A stretch of DNA of 64,000 nucleotides from Gemmatimonadaceae bacterium (GTDB lineage Bacteria > Gemmatimonadota > Gemmatimonadetes > Gemmatimonadales > Gemmatimonadaceae): the NCBI GenBank assembly GCA_036374155.1, contig DASUUI010000020.1:109-64108 (forward strand), given 5' to 3'. The notes under the pieces were generated by a model. It ran no database searches and was not told the DNA's origin. It worked only from the letters and a program-made list of their open reading frames with translations. Positions 44,898-54,674 of this stretch are shown piece after piece. The position numbers and the translations under genes are program-made. How positions within the stretch are numbered: position 1 is the first letter of the stretch; each line of letters begins with the position of its first letter.

Positions 44898-45781
44898 CAC
44901 GGGTCGCGGTGGTCCAGGCGCATGCCAAGCTCAACCTCCGCCTCAAGGTCCTCGCGCGTGAGGCGAACGGGTTTCACTTCCTGGAAACCGTCTTCGTCCG
45001 CGTAGCGCTGGCGGATACGGTGCGCGTGAGGATCACCTCCCGGGGTCATGCACTTCGGGTTGGCGGCGACGAGACGCTGGTTCCGGCTGTTGGCCCGGCC
45101 GAGTCCAACCTCGCCCTCCGTGCTGCGCAGATGTACGCGGACGTCACCGGCTGGCCAGGCGGCTTCGAGATCGAGATCGAAAAGCGCATCCCGGTGGGCG
45201 CCGGGCTGGGCGGCGGCAGTGCAGATGCCGGGGCGGTGCTCCGCGCGCTCCAGGCGCTCGCGCCCGAGCCGATAGCCGGCGACGATCTGCTTCGAATCGC
45301 TGCCTCGTTGGGCTCGGACGTGCCTTTCCTGACGAGCGAAGCCACGGCAGCGCTCGCCTGGGGACGCGGGGAGCGCATGCTGCTGCTCCCCCCATTCCCC
45401 GTGCGCGAGGCCGTGCTGCTGACTCCTTCGTTCCACGTTCGGACGACCGACGCTTATGGCTGGCTCGACGCCGTCGGGACGGGAGAGGCCTCCTCCCCCG
45501 CGGCGATCCCGCTGGCAGCGCTCTCCGAGTGGGACGCGATGCAGCCGTGGGCGGAGAACGACTTCGAGGTAGTGGTCACCTCTCGCCACCCTGAGATCGC
45601 CCAGATGCGCGCATCGCTGTCGCGAGCGGGCGCGATGATCGCCAGGATGAGCGGCTCGGGATCGACCGTCTTCGGCATTTTCGCGCAGTCGCCCGCAGCG
45701 GCGCTGACCGCAGGGCAGTCATGGCAGGCGCGCGTCACCGGGACGCTCGCTGAAGTTGTTCCCCCGGCCTTGAGCGAGTAG
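44894..45781 (+). CDS. ispE: 4-diphosphocytidyl-2-C-methyl-D-erythritol kinase
   Basis: AKLNLRLKV and the GHMP motif PVGAGLGGGSADAGAVL. Confidence 0.92.
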   Translation: MTRVAVVQAHAKLNLRLKVLAREANGFHFLETVFVRVALADTVRVRITSRGHALRVGGDETLVPAVGPAESNLALRAAQMYADVTGWPGGFEIEIEKRIPVGAGLGGGSADAGAVLRALQALAPEPIAGDDLLRIAASLGSDVPFLTSEATAALAWGRGERMLLLPPFPVREAVLLTPSFHVRTTDAYGWLDAVGTGEASSPAAIPLAALSEWDAMQPWAENDFEVVVTSRHPEIAQMRASLSRAGAMIARMSGSGSTVFGIFAQSPAAALTAGQSWQARVTGTLAEVVPPALSE

Positions 45782-45820
45782 CTTTCGAGGCTCCGGCGGC
45801 GCTCGGATCGGCCGTACCGC

Positions 45821-45891
45821 TGCCCCCTCGTCTAATGGCAGGACATCGGTCTTTGGATCCGAGAATGGTGGTTCGAATCCACCGGGGGCAA
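45821..45891 (+). tRNA. tRNA-Gln (anticodon UUG)
   Basis: Acceptor stem UGCCCCC/GGGGGCA with U1:A72, typical of bacterial tRNA-Gln. The anticodon loop is CUUUGGA and the T arm is GGTGG-TTCGAAT-CCACC. The 31-39 pair is U-U. Confidence 0.85.
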
Positions 45892-45958
45892 TGCCGCAAT
45901 CGGCAACCCCGTAGATTGCTCAACTCAGCTAAACACAGTACTTTACGAGGCTGCTGAC

Positions 45959-46912
45959 GTGGACGCGCTGGCGGTACCGGCACACGGTTTCAAGCTCATC
46001 AGCGGCACCGCGAACCGCGGTCTGGCTGAGGCGATCGGGCATCAGCTCGGTGTGGAACTGTGCAGGGTGACCACGTCGCGGTTCGCCGACGGTGAGCTCT
46101 TCGTGCGGATCGATGAGAACGTTCGTGGAAACGACGTCTTCATCGTCCAGCCGACGAACCCGCCGGCCGACAACATCCTCGAGCTGCTCCTCCTGATAGA
46201 CGCTGCGCGACGGGCTTCAGCCGCGCGCGTCACCTGCGTGATGCCCTACTACGGGTATTCACGGCAGGACCGGAAGGACCAGCCGCGGGTCGCGATCGGC
46301 GCGAAGCTGCTGGCCAATCTGATAGCAACGGCCGGTGCGGACAGGGTGCTGGGGATCGATTTCCACCAGCACCAGCTGCAGGGGTTCTTCGACATTCCGG
46401 TCGATCACCTGTACGCCGCGCCGGTTTTCGTTTCGCATTTCAGGAAGAAGGATCTGCACGACGTCGTTGTCGTCGCGCCGGACGTTGGCGCGGCGAAGAT
46501 GGCGCGAGGTTTTGCCAAGAGGCTGGACGGCTCGCTGGCGATCATCGACAAGCGGCGTCCGAAGGCCAACGTCGCGGAAGTCGTGAACGTGGTAGGTGAG
46601 GTCGAAGGCCGGGATTGCATCCTGGCCGACGACATGATCGACACCGCGGGGACGGTCTCCGAGGCGTCGGTTGCACTGAAGGAACTGGGCGCACGCGACG
46701 TTTACGTGTGCGCAACGCACGCGCTGCTGTCGGGGCCGGCGTGCGAGCGGCTGTCGAAGGCCCCGATCAGGGAAATTGCCGTGACGGACACGGTCGCGAT
46801 TCCCGAATCGCGCCGCTTCGACACGCTGTGTGTGCTCTCGGTGGGTGAGCTGCTGTCCAAGGCGGTCAGATACATCCACGCAGAGCAGTCGGTGAGTTCG
46901 CTTTTTGACTGA
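45959..46912 (+). CDS. prs: ribose-phosphate pyrophosphokinase
   Basis: FKLISGTANRGLAEAI, RFADGELFVRI, and the PRPP loop ILADDMIDTAGT. Confidence 0.95.
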   Translation: MDALAVPAHGFKLISGTANRGLAEAIGHQLGVELCRVTTSRFADGELFVRIDENVRGNDVFIVQPTNPPADNILELLLLIDAARRASAARVTCVMPYYGYSRQDRKDQPRVAIGAKLLANLIATAGADRVLGIDFHQHQLQGFFDIPVDHLYAAPVFVSHFRKKDLHDVVVVAPDVGAAKMARGFAKRLDGSLAIIDKRRPKANVAEVVNVVGEVEGRDCILADDMIDTAGTVSEASVALKELGARDVYVCATHALLSGPACERLSKAPIREIAVTDTVAIPESRRFDTLCVLSVGELLSKAVRYIHAEQSVSSLFD

Positions 46913-47002
46913 AGCGATCAGCGGTTAGCGATTAGCGGAAAGCAACCGCGGTTCCGGTTGTTCCGCCTCGCTTTCCGCTAACAGCTAGTCGCTAACCGCT
47001 GC
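46913..47002. repeat. heptamer-built palindromic intergenic element, copy B
   Basis: Left arm AGCGATCAGCGGTTAGCGATTAGCGGAAAGC (46913-46943) and right arm GCTTTCCGCTAACAGCTAGTCGCTAACCGCTGC (46970-47002). It starts immediately after the prs stop. Confidence 0.85.
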
Positions 47003-47035
47003 ACTTATCAATTGCGTTAACAGGGATTTTTCAAA

Positions 47036-47698
47036 ATGGCTTCCGCACAACTCAACGCCACTCCGCGCTCTGACGTGGGCAAGGGCGTAGCCCGTTCCCT
47101 CCGGCGAGAGGGCAAGATTCCCGCGGTCATCTATGGCCACGCCCGCGAGCCGCAGCCGCTCGCGATCGACCAGCGTGAGCTCGACCGCCTGCTCTCCCAC
47201 ATCGCTGCCGAGAGCACGGTCATCGAGCTGTCGTTCGACGGTGGCACCTCGCGCACGCTGATCCGCGAGATCCAGCGGCACCCGTTCAAACCGCAGATCC
47301 TGCACGTGGACTTTCAGGAGCTGGTTGCGGGCGAAAAGGTGACCGTTGACGTCCCGATCATTCTCGCCGGTGTCCCGGAAGGCGTCCGCGCCGAGGGCGG
47401 CATTCTCGACCAGACGATGCGCGAGCTGACGATTCACGTCGATCCGTCCAACATCCCGAACCACATCGACGTCGATGTCTCGGCACTGGGCATCGGTGAT
47501 TCCGTCCACGTCTCCGACCTCTCCCTCCCCGAAGGCGTCGAGGTGATGGACGACGAGGATGCCACCATCTGTGTTGTCAGCGCGCCGCGCGCTGTGGTCG
47601 AGGAGACCCCGGCAGAGGTCGTGGCCGAGGGTGGCGCGGAAGAGCCGGAAGTGATCGGCAAGGGCAAGGAAGAGGAAGCTGAGGAAGGCGGGGAGTGA
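47036..47698 (+). CDS. rplY: 50S ribosomal protein L25 / general stress protein Ctc
   Basis: GKGVARSLRREGKIPAVIYG and an acidic C-terminal extension. Confidence 0.92.
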   Translation: MASAQLNATPRSDVGKGVARSLRREGKIPAVIYGHAREPQPLAIDQRELDRLLSHIAAESTVIELSFDGGTSRTLIREIQRHPFKPQILHVDFQELVAGEKVTVDVPIILAGVPEGVRAEGGILDQTMRELTIHVDPSNIPNHIDVDVSALGIGDSVHVSDLSLPEGVEVMDDEDATICVVSAPRAVVEETPAEVVAEGGAEEPEVIGKGKEEEAEEGGE

Positions 47699-47703
47699 GA
47701 ACT

Positions 47704-47794
47704 GCAGCGGTTAGCGGTTAGCGATTAGCGGAAAGTGACGGCGTTCCCGCTGTTCCGCAGTTGCTTTCCCCTGGCCTGCTGACAGCTAACCGCC
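47704..47794. repeat. heptamer-built palindromic intergenic element, copy C
   Basis: Left arm GCAGCGGTTAGCGGTTAGCGATTAGCGGAAAG (47704-47735) and degenerate right arm GCTTTCCCCTGGCCTGCTGACAGCTAACCGCC (47763-47794). Confidence 0.8.
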
Positions 47795-47852
47795 GGCCAT
47801 CTTGCTCAACTGGCTTTTCGGCAGGCCCCGGGACGCGGGCGCTGCGGACTCG

Positions 47853-48447
47853 ATGAAACTGGTCGTCGGCCTCGGCAATCCGGGTCGTGAATACGAAGGT
47901 ACGCGCCACAACGTCGGCTGGTGGGTGCTCGATCACCTGGCCGACGTTTGGCACATGCAGGGCTGGCGGAAGGACGGCGACGCGCGCGTTTCCGCGGGCG
48001 ATGTAGCCGGCCAGAAAGTGCGGCTGGTGAAGCCGCTGACCTACATGAACCTGAGCGGCGCCGTGCTGCGGCCATACCTGCGGCGCGAGTCGTGGAGCTT
48101 CGAAAAGGATCTGCTCGTCGTACTGGACGATGCCGCGCTGCCGCTGGGCACTTTTCGGTTTCGGGCACGCGGCAGTCATGGCGGGCACAATGGCCTGCGC
48201 AGCATCGAGGGTGCGCTGGGAAGTCGCGATTACGCGCGGCTGCGTGTGGGCATCGGTCCACCGCCCGCCCGGCGCGGCGGACAGAAGGCCGATCTGGCGA
48301 AGTTCGTGCTCGCGCCGCTGTCGCGCGCCGAGCGCGCCGTGATCGAGGAGCTTCGGCAGGAGCTGGCGGAGGCGATCGAGACGTGGGTTCGTGAGGGAGT
48401 CGACAAGACGATGAACGTGTTCAACCGATCGAGGGAGACCGAGTCGA

Positions 48448-48455
<8 letters not shown>
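47853..48455 (+). CDS. pth: peptidyl-tRNA hydrolase
   Basis: [26 protein letters not shown] 47802 is an alternative start. Confidence 0.92.
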
Positions 48456-50505
<2,050 letters not shown>

Positions 50506-50525
50506 CGCCGGTCTGTGGCGAGGTT

Positions 50526-50555
50526 GCGATTAGCGATTAGCGATTAGCGGAAAGC
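50526..50555. repeat. heptamer-built element, copy D left arm
   Basis: GCGATTA x3 then GCGGAAAGC, with TAG at 50531, 50538 and 50545. Confidence 0.85.
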
Positions 50556-50954
50556 AACGGCGGGACGACGGGAGCCTGTCGTTCCGCCGTTTTCCGGAGC
50601 GTGCGGCGGAGGGCTGCCAGCATCCGTCGGATCTCAGCGACCTGGGCCTCCAGTGCGGCGTACTCACTGGCGTCGAGATATCCGACATCCCTTGCGAGGA
50701 GGAGCTGGTAATCGGCTTCAGATGCCGAGGAGTATGCGACTTCAACGAAGTTTGCGAAGGACGCCTCCGATGATCTCGCGGAACCTTCGGCGAGATTTGC
50801 CGGAATTGAAGCAGTTGATCGCCTCAGCTGCGCAACCAGGCCGAAGCGCTCAGAGTCGGGGGAAATCGCGTGTGAGGTTGTACACCCGAAGGGTCAGCCT
50901 GTGAGCCGCATGCCACACCTTCAGGTTCCTGTAGTTCCGCTCGCGATACACCAT
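50537..50954 (-). pseudogene. four-helix-bundle protein (23S rRNA intervening-sequence protein / Avd-like family), disrupted by a 1-nt frameshift
   Basis: My minus-strand translation from ATG 50954 gives MVYRERNYRNLKVWHAAHRLTLRVYNLTRDFP. After the C5 run (plus-strand G5, 50858-50862) the family continues in the +1 frame: SERFGLVAQLRRSTASIPANLAEGSARSSEASFANFVEVAYSSASEADYQLLLARDVGYL... It is not visible in the ORF track because it is broken. Confidence 0.75.
50556..50593 (+). terminator. terminator-like hairpin after hppA
   Basis: AACGGCGGGACGAC-(8 nt)-GTCGTTCCGCCGTT followed by TT. The stem is 14 bp with one G-U pair. Confidence 0.5.
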
Positions 50955-51038
50955 GGCTCAAGGTGCCGGGGAAGTTTCTCGCGCCAGCTATCATTCCGTT
51001 CCTCCCAGAACCGTGTTCCCGCGGTTCAGTCCGCAGTC

Positions 51039-51071
51039 GCTTTCCGCTAATCGCTAATCGCTAACCGCTGC
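51039..51071. repeat. heptamer-built element, copy D right arm
   Basis: GCTTTCCGCTAATCGCTAATCGCTAACCGCTGC, with TAA at 51048, 51055 and 51062. It ends 5 nt before the ychF GTG. Confidence 0.85.
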
Positions 51072-51075
51072 CTCT

Positions 51076-52176
51076 GTGCTTTCCCTCGCTATCGTCGGTC
51101 TCCCCAACGTCGGCAAGTCCACGCTCTTCAACGCGCTGACCTCAGCGCGGGCGGACGCGGCGAACTATCCGTTCTGCACAGTCGAGCCGAACGTCGGAAT
51201 AGTCGAAGTGCCGGATCCGCGGCTGACCCGGATCGCCGAGCTCGTCAGGCCCAAGCGCGTGGTGCCCACCGTCGTCCAGTTCGTGGATGTCGCGGGCCTG
51301 GTAAAGGGCGCGGCAGAAGGAGAGGGGCTGGGCAACCAGTTCCTCGCCAACATCCGCGAGACTGATGCGATCGTGCACGTCGTGCGCTGCTTCGACGACC
51401 CGGACGTCACGCACGTAATGGGTGAAGTGGACCCCGTGCGCGACCGGGAAGTGATCGAGTTCGAGCTCGCGCTCGCCGATCTCTCGACAGTGGAAAAGCG
51501 GCTCGACCGCGTGCAGCGCACGGCGCGCTCCGGCGACAAGCAGGCGCTCGCGGAGCTGCCCGTTCTCGAACGGGCGCGCGCCGTCCTGCAGGAGGGGCGC
51601 GCGCTGTGGGAAGCGAGGCTGCCTGACGCCGATCTCGCAACGCTTCGCCCGCTCAATCTCCTCACCACCAAGGACGTGCTGTACGCGGCCAACGTGAGCG
51701 ACAGCGAGCTCCACGGCGACGAGGGCCCTCACCTGCGCGCGCTGCGTGAAGCGGTAGCAGCAAGCGGCGAGCACGCCGAAGTCGTTCCCTTCTCCGCTCG
51801 CATCGAAGCGGAGCTGGCGGAACTGCCGGCCGCCGACCGCACCGACTTTCTGCATTCGCTCGGCCTCGAATCGGCGGGGCTCGATCGCCTGATTCACGCC
51901 GGCTATCACCTCCTCGGTCTCCGGACCTTCTTCACCGTGGGCGAGAACGAAGCCCGCGCCTGGACGATTCACGCTGGCGACACGGCCCCGGCTGCGGCCG
52001 GCACGATTCACACGGACTTCGAGCGCGGGTTCATCCGCGCCGAGACCATCGGCTACGACGACTTCGTAGCCGCGGGTGGGCTGAAGGAGGCGCGGGAGAG
52101 GGGTGTGGTGCGCTCCGAGGGTCGGGACTATGTCGTTCAGGACGGCGACGTGATCCTGTTCCGATTCAACGTGTAG
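51076..52176 (+). CDS. ychF: redox-regulated ATPase YchF
   Basis: IVGLPNVGKSTLFNALT, a TGS-like C-terminus and a GTG start. Confidence 0.95.
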   Translation: MLSLAIVGLPNVGKSTLFNALTSARADAANYPFCTVEPNVGIVEVPDPRLTRIAELVRPKRVVPTVVQFVDVAGLVKGAAEGEGLGNQFLANIRETDAIVHVVRCFDDPDVTHVMGEVDPVRDREVIEFELALADLSTVEKRLDRVQRTARSGDKQALAELPVLERARAVLQEGRALWEARLPDADLATLRPLNLLTTKDVLYAANVSDSELHGDEGPHLRALREAVAASGEHAEVVPFSARIEAELAELPAADRTDFLHSLGLESAGLDRLIHAGYHLLGLRTFFTVGENEARAWTIHAGDTAPAAAGTIHTDFERGFIRAETIGYDDFVAAGGLKEARERGVVRSEGRDYVVQDGDVILFRFNV

Positions 52177-52275
52177 CATTCCCCCGGGAACCGGCCCGCC
52201 AATTGGGGCGCGCACATCTGGCGACGGGGGCGCGGCAGTATATCATCTCGCTCAACCCCGGCCCTTGAGGCTTTG

Positions 52276-52689
52276 ATGAGTCCAGCCGTCCGCAGCGTGA
52301 TCGGAGTGCTCGCAGGAGTCGCCGTCGCGATGTTCGTCATCGCGGGGATCGAGTACATGGGGTCGCTGGCGTTCCCACCGCCGGAAGGGCTCGACCCGGC
52401 CAATCCAGACGATCGACGCAGAATGATCCAGGAGGCTCCCACGGGCGGCCTCCTGATCGTGGTTGCAGCGTACGCGCTCGGCACGTTCATCGGTGGCTAC
52501 GTGGCCGCGCGCTTCGCCCGCCGAATGCCGAATCTCCACGCGGCGCTGGTCGCGACGGTGGTACTCGCCGGCACCGTCTGGAACCTCGCCACCTACCAGC
52601 ACCCAGCATGGTTCTGGGGTGCCTCGATCGCTGCCATCGTGTTCGCCGGAATCGGCGCTGGACGGCTGGGAGATGCCACACGCGGTTGA
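52276..52689 (+). CDS. small integral membrane protein, unknown function
   Basis: About 137 aa with four hydrophobic helices. TTG 52273 and ATG 52276 are tandem starts. Confidence 0.5.
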   Translation: MSPAVRSVIGVLAGVAVAMFVIAGIEYMGSLAFPPPEGLDPANPDDRRRMIQEAPTGGLLIVVAAYALGTFIGGYVAARFARRMPNLHAALVATVVLAGTVWNLATYQHPAWFWGASIAAIVFAGIGAGRLGDATRG

Positions 52690-52767
52690 CCGCGCACTGA
52701 GGTGCGCGAGCTAGAATTCAGTCGCGACCCGCGGCCGCTGCGACTCACCCGCCTTCCGTCCGAATCC

Positions 52768-54399
52768 ATGCTCAGATCGAAAGTCACTCTGCTCCTCGCA
52801 GCACTCACCGGCTGCGCACCCGTCCTGACGCCCCGCGCACCCGTCGCGCTGCAGGAAGCCGAGCTCCGCGCGCACCTCTTTGCCTTCGCCGATGATTCGA
52901 TGCTTGGGCGGCGCGCAGGCATGGAGAGCGGCATCAAGGCTTCCCGCTACATCGCGGCGCGGCTCGCGAGCGCGGGGCTCGAGCCAGGCGGGGACGACGG
53001 AACGTTCTATCAGACTGTCCCCCTCGTGCGGATCAGCACCGCCACCGCGTCCACGCTCACCGTCGGGAGCGAGTCACTGCGCTACGGATCCGACTTCGTC
53101 GTGGCTCCACCGCGATGGCGGATCACCGCTGTTTCCGATGCGCCCGTCGTTTTCCTCGGAAGCTCTGCCAGCGACACGACAGGGTGGCCTTCCCGCGAAG
53201 CGTTGCGCGGCAAGGTCGTGCTCTTCGACCGGCCGGCGAGTGCGACGGCAGCCATCGCGACTCCACCGGCGAACTACCTCGACCAGGTCGCAGCGATTCT
53301 CGTGGCGGGCAACATGGACTCGCTCCCATCCAGCGCGCGAAACCCGCTCACCGGCCTGTCACCCGCCTCCCTCCCGGCGGAGATGCCGCCGGTGCCGCCC
53401 GTAATGGTCGTCTCCAGTCGCGTGGCCGAACTGGCGATGGGGGCACCCCTGAGCTCCGTGGTGAGGGGGGCGGAAGGCGCGCGAGTCTCCGCCACCATTG
53501 CCCGGACGGAAGACCAGCTCCCCACGTACAACGTCGTGGCGATCCTCAGGGGCAGCGACCCTGCGCTGCGGGATGAATACGTGGTGCTCGGCGCACACCC
53601 GGATCACGTCGGAACACGCGCCGCACCGCTGGACCACGACTCGTTGCGGGCGGTGCTTCGGCTCGCGGAGACGATGGGACATCAGCGCGGCCGACGTTTG
53701 TCCGGCGGTGAGCGTGCACAGATCTCGCTGAGCACCGATACGCTGGTCCGAAGCGGGCCTCCACGGGCCGATTCGGTATTCAACGGAGCCGATGACGACG
53801 CCTCCGGCTCAATGGTCGTGCTCGCCCTCGCCGAGGCGTTCGCGCGCAACGGCGTCCGCCCGCGGCGATCGGTCCTGTTCGTGTGGCATCATGCCGAGGA
53901 GATGGGCCTGCTGGGCTCCCGCCACTTCGTCCATCATCCGAGCGTGCCACGCGACAAGATCGTTGCGGCCATCAACCTCGACATGGTGGGCAGGGGCGGC
54001 GCTGACGATATCCCGGGTGGTGGTCCCAGGTTCGTCCAGGTCGTCGGCTCCCGACGGCTTTCCACCCAGCTTGGCGACCTCGTCGAGTCGGTCAACCGGG
54101 GGCTGCGTGAGCCGATGCAGTTCGATTACTCGATGGACGCGGAGGGGCACCCCGAGCGGATCTACTGTCGCAGCGACCACGCGAACTATGCGCGCTACGG
54201 CATTCCGGTGGTCTTCTTCAGCACCGGGCTGCACGCCGATTATCACCAGCTCACGGACGAGCCGCAGTACATCGATTACCCGAAGCTGCGGCGCGTGGGT
54301 GAGCTTGCGGGGGCGCTCACGCTGGAGCTGGCAAATAGCGATTCGCGCCCGACAGTCGACAAGCCAGTGCCGGACCCGTTCGCGCCATGCCGCCAGTAG
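52768..54399 (+). CDS. M28 family metallopeptidase (aminopeptidase) lipoprotein
   Basis: HPDHVG, GADDDASGSMVVLALAEAF, HHAEEMGLLGSRHF and NLDMVG. The start is set at ATG 52768, giving MLRSKVTLLLAALTGC (lipobox). Confidence 0.85.
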   Translation: MLRSKVTLLLAALTGCAPVLTPRAPVALQEAELRAHLFAFADDSMLGRRAGMESGIKASRYIAARLASAGLEPGGDDGTFYQTVPLVRISTATASTLTVGSESLRYGSDFVVAPPRWRITAVSDAPVVFLGSSASDTTGWPSREALRGKVVLFDRPASATAAIATPPANYLDQVAAILVAGNMDSLPSSARNPLTGLSPASLPAEMPPVPPVMVVSSRVAELAMGAPLSSVVRGAEGARVSATIARTEDQLPTYNVVAILRGSDPALRDEYVVLGAHPDHVGTRAAPLDHDSLRAVLRLAETMGHQRGRRLSGGERAQISLSTDTLVRSGPPRADSVFNGADDDASGSMVVLALAEAFARNGVRPRRSVLFVWHHAEEMGLLGSRHFVHHPSVPRDKIVAAINLDMVGRGGADDIPGGGPRFVQVVGSRRLSTQLGDLVESVNRGLREPMQFDYSMDAEGHPERIYCRSDHANYARYGIPVVFFSTGLHADYHQLTDEPQYIDYPKLRRVGELAGALTLELANSDSRPTVDKPVPDPFAPCRQ

Positions 54400-54423
54400 A
54401 CTCTGCCCACGAGGGCACGGCAG

Positions 54424-54538
54424 CCAGCGCCAAGTAATGAGCCGTGAGCCATGAGTGCTCAGTCGGGAGTAACGGCGGAGGCCGCAGTTACTGCCGGCTC
54501 ACCACTGACGTAACTCTCGGCTCATTACTTGGCGCTGG
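54424..54538. repeat. 115-bp palindromic element with perfect 21-bp terminal inverted repeats
   Basis: CCAGCGCCAAGTAATGAGCCG (54424-54444) is the exact reverse complement of 54518-54538. Inner arms also pair (TGAGCC/GGCTCA, AGTAACGGCGG/CCGCAGTTACT). Confidence 0.85.
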
Positions 54539-54611
54539 GTGGCCCGTTCCGTAGCAAGCCCGTAGATATCGCAACCCCAACGCTTTAGCTTTACGTCAGA
54601 CAATTGCCCCT

Positions 54612-54640
54612 CCTCCCGCCTTACGGCAACCGGCGGGAGG
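54612..54640 (+). promoter_or_regulatory. 9-bp hairpin in the rpsF 5' leader (candidate S6:S18 autoregulatory structure)
   Basis: CCTCCCGCC-(11 nt)-GGCGGGAGG, about 15 nt upstream of the SD AAAGGGAGG. Confidence 0.35.
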
Positions 54641-54674
54641 CATTATCCCACGACCAAAGGGAGGTTTGCCGCTC

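Larger units (their letters stand above)
50526..51071. mobile_element. possible hairpin-bounded cassette: inverted heptamer arms flanking a four-helix-bundle gene
   Basis: The arms at 50526-50555 and 51039-51071 are reverse complements, as in the compact copies B and C, but here they are separated by about 480 bp of cargo. No transposase or integrase is present. Mobility is an inference only. Confidence 0.3.

Noticed and set aside
50526-50555. Tandem GCGATTA repeats considered as a CRISPR array or minisatellite.
   Set aside because: The units are 7 nt with no spacers, there are only 3-4 units, and each run is paired with a reverse-complement arm. No cas genes are present. This is a palindromic element arm, not a CRISPR array.
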